From Octopus bimaculoides (Eukaryota): 44,281 bases of DNA. The notes beneath the pieces are model-generated. The model did not search any database. It saw only the letters and a program-made list of their open reading frames with translations, and was not told the origin of the DNA. Location of the stretch: assembly GCF_001194135.2 (NCBI RefSeq), contig NC_068987.1, positions 42,245,921 to 42,290,201 of the forward strand, in the 5' to 3' direction. Position numbers and translations under genes: made by a program. Every line of letters begins with the position of its first letter. Position 1 is the stretch's first letter. Below are positions 12,843-23,300 of this stretch, one piece after another.

Positions 12843-13401
12843 CATCATCATCGTTTAACATCCGCTTTCCATGCTAGCATGGGTTGGATGATTTGACTGA
12901 GGATTGGTGAGCCAGATGGCTACACCAGGCTCCAATCTGATTTGGCAGGGTTTCTACAGCTGGATGCCCTCCCTAACCCCAACCACTCCAAGAGTGTAGT
13001 AGGTGCTTTTACATGCCACCGGCACGAAGGCAAGTCAGGAGGTACTGGCAACGGCCACGCTCAAAATGGTGTATTTTACATGCCACCTGTACAGGTGCCA
13101 GTCCAGCGGCACTGGCAATGACCTCGCTCGAATGTCTTTTCACATGCCACTGGAACAAGTACTGGGAAGGTGACACGGTAACAATTATGCTCAAATGTTG
13201 CTATTTACGTGCCACTGGCAAGGAAGCCAGAGAGCTGCTCTGGCAATGATCATGCTCGGACGGTGCTCTTAGTGCTCCACTGGTAGAGGTGCCATCACGA
13301 TTTCGCTTTCACTTGCCTTAACAGGTCTTCGCAAGCCAGGTTCAGTGTCCAATGAAGGAGATGTTGGCATGGGTGCCAGTCGTCAAATTTAGTTCGATTT
13401 C
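12838..13401 (-). mobile_element. RTE-LINE 3' UTR family copy with (GAT)n tail
   Basis: atcatcatcatcgtttaacatccgctttccatgctagcatgg...; inverted relative to 12239-12510. Confidence 0.8.
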
Positions 13402-13639
13402 NNNNNNNNNNNNNNNNNNNNNNNNNNNNNNNNNNNNNNNNNNNNNNNNNNNNNNNNNNNNNNNNNNNNNNNNNNNNNNNNNNNNNNNNNNNNNNNNNNN
13501 NNNNNNNNNNNNNNNTATAAATAATATGTTTATATATGTATGATATATAGTGTTGTATTACATTTGAATACTGTCCTGATGTCATATGGGCCACATCTTT
13601 TGTATCTTTACGGAGAAGCCTTTCATATAGTGTTGACAG

Positions 13640-14100
13640 ACTATGGTCAGTTTATCGGTTTCATGCCCTCTTTTCTTCATAATTGGAGTGGTGCATACAC
13701 AATACAATACTTCGCAAATATCTCCTTTGAGTAAAACCACCAATAGAGTAGAATATGACCAAAAACTGTGTGTACTCCATCCCATGCAGCTGTGGTAGGT
13801 TATACAAAGGCGAAACATGCAGCCTCCTCAAAATAATAGTCGAGGAACATCACAAACCTGTGACACAGGGAGATATTGATAAATTGGGTATAGCTGATCG
13901 TGTATGGAAAAATTGAGACCACATCTTTAAGATGAAGTTGAAATAATAGACAGAGAACACCACCGGAAAATATGAAAATTTTTTTTTAAAAAGCAGCAAA
14001 TATGCTAGGATACAACAACCTCCTAAGCAAACTGAGTGCTGATATGAACAGCATATGGGAAGTGGTATTAAGGAAGGATAGGAGAATATTAGATTAATAA
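13640..14100 (+). mobile_element. Penelope-like element 3' ORF remnant (GIY-YIG endonuclease)
   Basis: CVYSIPCSCGRLYKGETC at 13767, followed by EEH...IADRVW and EIIDREHHRK. Confidence 0.8.
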
Positions 14101-14123
14101 GCCCTGAAATTCACTCCATAATT

Positions 14124-14193
14124 GCCCATGGCTTAGTGTTTAAGAGCGCGGGCTACTAACACTCAGTTTCCGAGTTCGATTCCAGGCAGTGAT

Positions 14194-14248
<55 letters not shown>

Positions 14249-14420
14249 GCAATAATAATAATAATAATAATTAATAACAATAATAATAATAATAACATCA
14301 TCGAAAAATACCTTAGGAATGAGAACCCAGGTTCGAAATTTCCCCAAAGGCTGGTGGGTATATCAGCCGAAAGTGTAAATAATGTACATAATTCTTCATC
14401 TCTTAAATATAGAACTGTAG
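14124..14420 (+). mobile_element. tRNA-headed SINE-like unit: A/B boxes, (AAT)n, short tail
   Basis: A box tggcttagtgttta, B box gagttcgattcc, (AAT)n at ~14197-14295. Confidence 0.6.
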
Positions 14421-14429
14421 AAAAGGTGT

Positions 14430-15618
14430 AAATAGAAACTTCATAAGATGTACCCAGTGTAAGCTATGGACACATAAGAGGTACAGCAACATCAAAGGAA
14501 GATTAACCGGGAAGATAACTTTTGTGTGCGGCAGATGCACAGGGGCAATAAACACCACAGATGCTCAGAAAACAGATTCTATTACATGCCACAGGGAGAA
14601 ACTAGAAGTAATTGATAGCTTCCGCTACCAAGTCTGTAGTGCGGGTGGATACTCAGAGAGTGTTACCACTAGAATAGCCTGGACAAAGTTCACAAAGCTT
14701 CTACCCCTACTGGTGACAATGGGCCTCTCGCTCAGAACGAAAGGTAGATTGTATGATGCATGTATGCTTACTGCCATGCTTCACGGCAGTGAAACATGAG
14801 CTGTGACTGCTGAAGACATGCGTAGGCCCGAAAAAAATGAAGCTAGCATGATCTTCTGGATGTGTAATGTCAGTGTGCGCACACGACAAAGTGTAAGTAC
14901 CCTGAGAGAAATGTTAGACATAAGAAGCATTAGATGTGGCATGCAAGAGAGGTGTTTGCATTGGTATGGTCATGTACTACAGATGGATGAGGAGAGCTAT
15001 GTGAAGAATCCAGAGTAGAGGGAGACCCAAGAAGTCATGCAATGAAGTGGTGAAGCATGACCTTCGAACATTGGGCCTCCCAAAGGCAATGACGAGAGAC
15101 TGAGACCTCTGGAGATATGCTGTGACTGAGAAGATCCGGCAAATAAAGTGAGTTCACAGATGTACCCAACACCAGTGTTGCATAACCAGCCCACTCAAAA
15201 GTACCTTGGATCGTAGGGCGACATGCTTTGCTCGAGGAGTCCTATTGAGTCAAGTACATCAAAATCAAAATCAAATGGAAATCGTAGTTGTCATCCCCAT
15301 GCTGGTAGCATGTAAAAAGCACCATCTTAGCGTGGCCGATGCCAGTGCCGCCTTGACTGGCTTCCGTGCTGGTGGCATGTAAAAAGCACCAACCTATCTT
15401 GGTCGTTGCCAGCCTCCCCTGGCCCCATGCCAGTAGCACGTAAAAAGCACCCACTACACTCTCGAATTGGTTGGTGTTAGGAAGGGCATCCAGCTGTAGA
15501 AACACTGCCCGATCAGACTGGAGCCTGGTGCAGCCTCCTGGCTTCCCAGACCCCAGTTGAACCATCCAACCCGTGCCAGCACAGAAAAAGGGCATTAGAC
15601 GATGATGATGATGATGAT
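14430..15618 (+). mobile_element. 5'-truncated RTE-clade LINE (ORF2 C-terminus, 3' UTR, (GAT)n tail)
   Basis: CGRCTGAI, KGRLYDAC...AMLHGSET, LHWYGHVLQM; UTR with short tandem units; tail gacgatgatgatgatgatgat. Confidence 0.88.
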
Positions 15619-15649
15619 CACACACACACACACACCCACACACACACAT

Positions 15650-15890
15650 CGGTGCAGGTATAGATATATGGTTATGGGTGTTGTCCCACTGAATGGTATC
15701 TTGGGCAAGTGTACTATATAGCCTCAGGCCAACCAAAGCCTTGTGAGTGGATTTCATAGACAGAATATGAAAGAGGCCTCTGTGTGTGTCTAATGTGTTT
15801 GTATGTCTCCCACTACTGCTTGGCAACCAGTGTTGATATATTTACTTCCCAGTAAACTGGGTGATTTAGCAAAAGAGACCAATTGCAAAA
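15650..15890 (+). mobile_element. Degenerate tRNA-derived SINE
   Basis: cttgggcaagtgt...ccaaagccttgtgagtggattt...gcaaaagagacc is shared with the copy at 38947-39770. Confidence 0.7.
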
Positions 15891-16734
15891 AGGAAGATTA
15901 ACCAAGAATCTTACTGTTAAGAGAGTGAAGACATTAATAAAAACCACACAGAAACTTTCTGAAATTCAGGTACCTAGGCTTTCCTAGTAGAATATTAAAT
16001 TTATTTCATCATTTTTCAAGCTTGTAATTTCCATATGGTGAGTTAGTATCTGTATGAGGTAAGGTTTAAATGAGAGCAGAATAACTGAAGGGAGATAATT
16101 CACTGAGCAGCAACTGGAATGTGATTCTTACAAGAGGCAAAAATTTTGTAAACCAACACAGAAAACACAAAGGAAAAACAAACAGCAGGAATGATACGAG
16201 TTGCAAAGTAAGATGGTTATCAGTGTTTAGGAGCTTGTGCATCCAAATTTATAAACAGTTAGGTGAGATCAATGGATATATTTCAACAAACACGATGGTA
16301 TAGTGGGAATATATTCACTGATTGAAAGTTGATAGAGCTCATCATGTTCACACTTTACAAAGTATATTTGAGCAAGAATTAAAGTTAAACCACCAACCAG
16401 AATATAACCCATTAATTTGGTTGCGATACACATGGTTTTTGTATGGTTTTTATTAATAATCTATATAATTCTTTTTTGGAATCTCTCAAAGCATACACAT
16501 TAAGCTATAAATATTGGGTTGAAAATCCCTTTTGGACAGGAAAAACTGAAGGCTTTGCAACCCAATATTTATATCTTTATGTGTGTGCTTCAAGATATTT
16601 CAAAGAAGCATCATTTAATGTTCTCTTGAAAGTTTGTAAAATTCTTATGACATCAATGATGCGTGTGTTATATATATATATTTTTTGTGTATGTATGTAT
16701 GTATGTGTGTGCGTGTATATATATATATATATAG

Positions 16735-16930
16735 TTGGAATTTACAGAAAAACAAGAGAACAACAAACAGGTGTATTAGTTTAACACTCAGGCAGGTGAG
16801 AAAGTCTTTTACGTTTCGAGCCTATGCTCTTGAAAAGAAAGGAATACCGGAAAATAAACAGAGAATTAAAAAAAAGCTTTAGAGGCTAGCAGTCAATCAT
16901 GGCAGCTGGCTGAACAGAGGTGGTTAAACA
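16735..16930 (-). mobile_element. Short repeat with a degenerate minimal hammerhead-like motif (Penelope-type terminal repeat)
   Basis: Minus strand 16841-16806 reads CTTT CTTTTCA A GAGC ATAG GCTC GAAAC GTA AAAG. Confidence 0.5.
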
Positions 16931-16989
16931 GGAAAACTAGAAGACTGGGAGATAATAAAATATTGCTGATCCTAAAATGTATATATGTA

Positions 16990-17036
<47 letters not shown>

Positions 17037-18399
17037 TTAACAATGGAAAGGTTGATAATGACTTTGATGATTCTGTTCTGGTTTTCCAAGTTTCTAATAT
17101 ATTTTTTCAGGTCAACCTTTAGGTGGAGCACTGTGGTTTAAACTATGTGCGATTTAATAGTGTATTTTTTGTCATTAAAAAGCATTTTTAACTATCTATA
17201 AAACTGTTCCTTTATATACCACGAAACTACTCTATTTAGACACACCTAATTAAACTGCTATGCCCCACCAACAAGATGAATACAAAATGTATGCAAGTTT
17301 GAAAAACTAGAAAACTTAGCTGAAACTTCAGTCACTGTTAACCTTTTCTTTGGTACACACAAAAAAAAACATACAACATTCTACTTAAATAGATTAAGTG
17401 ATCTTTCAGTTAATGTTTTTTATTTGCAAAATAAATCTGTGTTTATATATATGTCTGTCTGTCATTTAGTTTTATTTCAAGTCTAGCAAACACTCTCGTC
17501 CTTTGGATGGTTTAAGTTGCTTTGGTGGTATTTTTTTCACTAAATAATACAACTACCAAGAAGGTTTATGAGTAGCATGGTAATCTATGTTTTCGATTCA
17601 CCTAGGAATGGAAAACTAAATTGAAGGTTGGCTATTGTGGAGGTCATTGCACTTTAATGATCATAGAACATATAAGTTTGCAAGCGATGCAAAGTAGAGC
17701 TACTGAAGTGTTTTGGGAGTAGATTACGGATAATGACTACAAAATATAGATGTTTTACATGAAAGTGAAATTTCTTGTCAGAAACAGCCACATAAGGAAA
17801 TTGAAGGAAAACGTTGAAACTTCCCTTCTGTGAGTTTATTTTATTCAACAGTAAAGGGGCCTATTTTTTTGGAGAGAAGTATGGTTGGTATGTTAAATAA
17901 TGGCAATATAATACCTTCTTGATAAAGTAGAGTTAAAAGAGTGTAATTGCTACATGCTTACAGTATATGATCACACTGAAATTGACTTCAGGTAACAAAA
18001 AATGAAGACATGAAGAGTTTGACTTCAGTTCACAAATATTGCTTTGAATCTTTAGCAGTTTGCAGTGAAAAGATATCACGTTCGAAATATCATAATGGAT
18101 GGGTAAATAAGCATCCTTAAAGTGAAACAACGCATTGGTATGTAAACAAAGGTATCAACAAATAGAAGAAAGGGAAGGGAACATCACTTTTCAAGAAACT
18201 CAGAATAGGTAAAGGTAAGCTTACCAAAGTTCAATACAGTTTAAATATGGTGATTAAGATTGTTTGGTATTTGATATTCATTGTATACAGTGTTCCTAGT
18301 CAATTTAATTACTGTTGCAGGTGGACAGTCGAACTAAATAGACAAAATCCTTTCACTTTTATAATATTCTCTAATCAAGTAATAATACACAATTACAAC

Positions 18400-18728
18400 A
18401 TATAAATAAATAATAAATCAAAAGATGTGAAAACCACTAAAAAGTATTCTCTAATGCCAATATATGACCATTTAGATTAAAAAAGTATGGAAGACCGTAC
18501 ATAAAAAAACTATGTACATACAACGAATTAGAGAAAAATCTGTGTAAACCACTGGTTTTCCTGGTTTGTCCACTTATGCGGGAGCTCTGGGGAAAATGCT
18601 ATAGAACATGACCATCCTTGGCATATAAGTAATGTGTGTGTAAAGTTTGGTGAAAATCGGTTGAGAATTGTGAAAATGTATGTGTTAGTCAATATACACA
18701 CACATGCTGTGATTTATATATACTAGAT
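18400..18728 (+). mobile_element. Non-autonomous Helentron/DINE-1-like (HINE) end
   Basis: aagtttggtgaaaatcggttgagaattgtg...acacacaca...tttatatatactagat terminus; a possible other end lies at ~17435 (atct...atatatatgtctgtctgtc). Confidence 0.5.
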
Positions 18729-19622
18729 TTTTTGCCAATAGAGAAAGTGCCAGTTTCTAACCTAGATCAAAGGCTCCTTCATTGGAATTTCAACATCAGC
18801 AACAGGGTATGTATGTTTGCATATCTAGACATGCTTATATATATTTAAATGATAAACTTCTGGAAAATTTTACAGATTTTTACAGTCCCAGTGATGGATT
18901 GGATCTGTAGTCTTCAAATTAGCTTTCTCCTTTCTGGTTTTGAGAAGCCTAATTTCTCAAGATTGGTATTTAGGCAGCGTGTTACATATTCCAGGGCCCC
19001 AATAATTACAGGTATAAACTTGAACTTGTAATCTGGATAGAGTAACTGCAGATTTATCAATAGTTCAGCGTAGGTATTCTCTTTTTCCCTGATTTTCAGC
19101 TTTATGTTAACATCCGCTGGGCAGCTAATTTCCACAACTTTACACAGTTTCTCTTCTCTTTTCCAAATCATTATCAGATTTATTGTGCTTACATTTTACT
19201 GAGGTTTTCACTGGGACATTCTACCATACTGTGGATTCTTACATCTTTGTCCTTGGGTTACCTTTCCGATTGATATCATTATAGAGTGTCCTAGTTACAT
19301 CATGTCTCATTGGTAGATAATACCGTGATGACATTTTCAGACAACTGCTTTTGATGTGGGTGATATCTTTGGTGTTAACTCCACAAAGTCTACATCAGTT
19401 GTCACATTTTACTGCTTTTTCTGCATCTCTGTCCCTTTTGTGCATCAGGTATATGGTTGATATTTCCTGTTCCTGGATTGCAAATGCATACCCCTTCAAA
19501 GTGAGAAGTAGTACTCCGGTTATTGGTCCATGATAGACTGCTCTGATGATCAATGTTATCATGGAGCTTTCTACTGACATATCCATGCATAATCTTCTGC
19601 TCATATATGGTCATCCTTTCAT
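18729..19622 (-). mobile_element. R4/Dong-like non-LTR retrotransposon 3' fragment with restriction-like endonuclease
   Basis: CCHC finger CRLCGVNTKDITHIKSSC, RHD motif, NKSD, VVEISCP, KEN-TY, IPVIIGAL; stops and frameshifts. Confidence 0.85.
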
Positions 19623-19900
19623 CTGATGATATGTTGCAGTAGAGTGTGTGTGTATGTGTCAGTCATCATCATCATTGTATGTATGTATGCATATCATAAT
19701 GTTCAATTTCATTTATCAGCAGGCTACCATTATTTGGAAAGGGTCTTTTTATTGGTGTATAAAGTAGTCGCTTTCACAACTGAATGCTTACTTTTACTGC
19801 TAAGCACTTATTTTCAGCTCAGTGAACTTATGATGTTACAAAAACCTCATTCTCTGTGCTTTTTCTTCAACATTTTCTTTACAATGTTAAGAATAGATGT

Positions 19901-20098
19901 AAGGTAACAGGTTAGCAGAATCGTAAGCATGCCAGGTAAAATGCTTAGTGCATTTTTATGTTCTGTGTTCAAATTCCACCAAAGTCAGTTTTGTTTTTCA
20001 TCCTTTCGGAGTCTATGAAATAGGTACCAGTTAAGCACTAGGGTTTATGTAATCAAGTTACTGGCTCCCCCAAACTTGCTGGCCTTATACCTAAAATG
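19901..20098 (+). mobile_element. Degenerate SINE (same family as 26418-26642)
   Basis: gttagcagaatcgtaagcatgccaggtaaaatgcttag...ttcatcctttcggagtc; ends ~40 nt before exon A. Confidence 0.75.
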
Positions 20099-20138
20099 TT
20101 AAATCATCATTATGAATTGATGCTTTTATTTTTTCCAG

Positions 20139-20315
20139 CATGTGTTGCCTGGCATGAAATGTCATCCAAAGCAGTTGGGGGTTCAAATGGCTGCAACAGC
20201 TTGTTTGTACAATCTCACTAAAGGTGAAGTCAGCCAAAAGATACACCCTACATGTTTGCGCAAAGTAGTGGAACTGACTCTCTTGTCTATGGAAAATTTC
20301 CCCAAACACCAGCAG
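20139..20315 (+). CDS. ZYG11: ZYG11 exon A (HVLPGMKCHP...MENFPKHQQ, 59 codons)
   Basis: Acceptor tttttccag|CAT, donor CAG|gtact; 177 nt, phase 0/0. Confidence 0.93.
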
Positions 20316-23300
20316 GTACTTATGATGTAACTTTAATTGTTCTATGTTTTATTAAATGCATTTTCACCATCATCATTATTATTAACCTTGCAATGCTATC
20401 ACCACCATCACTACCATCACAATGTTAACTCCACATGCAAACTTTTGCTCACAGTCTGCATTCACTTAGGTATTGAACTGTTCTCTTCTGTCTCTTCTAC
20501 CACTACTACAATGGCATATGGACCTCTAAACCTGCTGATTATATTCCACTTCCATCTAAACTTTTGGTCCTTTTTTTTCCATCACTTACACTTTTTGTGT
20601 TTTACTCATTAGAACCAGCAATGTAAGTACTGTAAAAATCCATGTAATTTATGCACTTTTTTCGCAAAAATAAAAATAAACTTCAGTGGGTGCATAAATT
20701 ACATGAGTAGATTGTTTCCAGAATTAAAAAGAAAATTTTTTTGTTAAAAAAAGACATACAAAATGTAAACATTTGTACTGGAAGTTGAATCATTTCATAT
20801 CAGAATAGGTTTTTACAGAAAAATAATGGCTTAAATATAATGAATGTTGACTTTTATTTATGATGGATGGTATAATGCTTACTTTTTCGGTATAAATTTA
20901 CTAAAACCATTAAATGGTTAACTAGTTTTTGAAGTTTGACGTTCATGTTGGTAAACATGTTCCAGGGCATATTTTACATTGCTTGGAGTTTCTACCTATC
21001 GCAATGGAGCGCCATTAGCATACGTAGTGATATGGATATTCCTGACTGAAAAAAATGTAATGATATGGATAATCTTGATAGTATGTTTTTATTTTTGTCT
21101 GTTTATTACTAGACACAGTTTTAAGTTTGTTGTACTGTTTATACCAATTTCAAACATTGGCTTCATTAACATTAAAATGCCTTCCGGCAGCACTATTGCT
21201 ATGTTCATATGCATATTCATATGAAAGGGATTAAAATTTCGATATTCCATATCAAAGGTTCCAACACGAATAGTCGAAAAAGAATTCTGTTTACATAATC
21301 AGTTTGATTGGTCACCTTCCTCTGTTGTGTACAGTGTCATCCAAGGTGATATTTATTGGTAATTAAACTTAATTTGCAACACCTGTGTGTATTTATCAGC
21401 TTTGATTTTGTTGTTAATTCTTATCAACAACTTTTCCTGTGATCGTGATTTGAGAAGACATACAGCAGTGTGTTAAAGATTGGACATAATCTCTTGTGGA
21501 CAAGAAATGTAACATACAGTTTATTATAAACAACACAAACACTTCGTAATTTAATAGCTTTCAATGTGATACCTGTTAAACAGAAATAATTTTTATTTAA
21601 TGAAAATTTTATAAAATCTAATCATAAGTAAGTGAAATTATGCTAAATACAACTAAATTATAAACCTTTTTCCCCTGACTATATCAGCAATTCTGAAAAC
21701 TTTTGGGTGGGAATTTTACATGAGTAGAAGCTTTTTTTTAACAAATTTTATCCTGAAAATCACCTGCATAAATTACATGGGTTTTTACAGAACTCTGCTT
21801 TTTGCTTATCACACCTTGACACCCTCTAGACATTAGATTCACTTTTCGTTATTTTGACTCTGTCTTTTCCAAACCCTTCTTTTCATCTTATACATTCTTC
21901 TGGTATACCATGTCTATTTTACGAACTACTTAGCTTCAACACTTCAAACTGAACATTTATAGCCCTAATCTCACACTAATTAGCTCTAACAACCTAAGAA
22001 GGTTTTAACCTCTGTGTCTTTCCAGTCTAACGATTACAAGGTCTATGTTTATATACAACTAACATATAACATTGTCTACACCCAATGGGCATAATTTCTG
22101 AAATGATCATATCCATCCACCTAGCAGCACTCATCAGAATATCATTCTTCATAATGAAGGTTGTAATAAAATTCATATAATGAGATAAATGTGCTTTGAG
22201 AAGAGCTGAATTCTGATATTTTGGGCCAAGTCATCTTTCTTTACCGCCTTTCAATTCATTCACTCTCCAAAGTGGAGTCCTGTTCAAAACATAGACTCCT
22301 TCATGGAACACAAATTTACTTCATGTTACAAATTGTATTAACACAGACCTAGTTTTCTTTTTTGTTGATTAAGGAAAATCTGACACTGACTTAGAAACAA
22401 TGCTTCAACGCTTCTATCAACTTGTCAGTGCTTTTTCAATCCCCCAAAATTACTTATTGCTTTGTCTTTCTGATACCAACTTGCCAAAGACCATCCTTGT
22501 TCTATGATACAAACTTTTGTTGTAAAGTGATCTAAAATAACACCTTCCATCGAAATTTCACATTAACTTATGTTTTGGTCGCCAGCTTGATAATTATAAT
22601 TATTTCACTAAATTCTTCACTATTTTCAAAATAAATTGATACAAAGGTAGTGTATTTCAGTGGAAGTATGGTAACAAAAGGATTAGAACAACATATTAGA
22701 AACACTGCATGTGCACTTGCACAAACATATGTTGTTGATCATGCAGCAGCAGAAAAATAACAATAGCTACAGCTTTAGACTACAAGCATATAAATTTTGA
22801 GTTTAAATTCACTTGAGGTGGTCTTTTTTTTTTTTTTTTCATTTTCTTATTATATACTTTGGACAGTGTAATTTATTATATTGGCACACTCCTTTGGACG
22901 GTTTAAGTTGAATTAGCCCGCAGTTAGAAGTCGTTTCAAGTTGATAAACATAAAATGTATAATTACCACTTTATTAGCACTTTATTATATGGTATTAAGC
23001 AACCTAGGTAATGAATAAAGTTTTTTTAACACAAATTTAGCAGTTAGTAATAAATGAAAGTCCATGAAATGAGATTGTGATTGTAGTAGGCATTTGGGAT
23101 CCTATACCTTACCTGAAAGTCATGTATGATTGAAGCTTTTAAACAAAAGCAAACATTTATAGCAAGCACACAAATAGGTATGTATGAAAATAAATGTCAG
23201 AGCAAGCTTATGAGCAAGCAGCATGTGTTAAGTAAGAAGGGTCATTGAAGATAGTGTACTGTTAACAGCAATCACAGAGATGAAGCAAAATATCAATGAA

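Noticed and set aside
14124-14195. tRNA gene
   Set aside because: It has A/B boxes only, no convincing cloverleaf, and is followed by (AAT)n and a repeat tail; treated as a SINE head.
15890-18320. Several short AG...GT segments (for example near 16020 and 17962) as micro-exons
   Set aside because: No homology support; such pairs are expected by chance in AT-rich introns.
19626-19907. Possible extra ZYG11 exon ending ...GATGTAAG|gtaaca
   Set aside because: No similarity to the expected upstream ZYG11 sequence, and the apparent donor is the start of a SINE.
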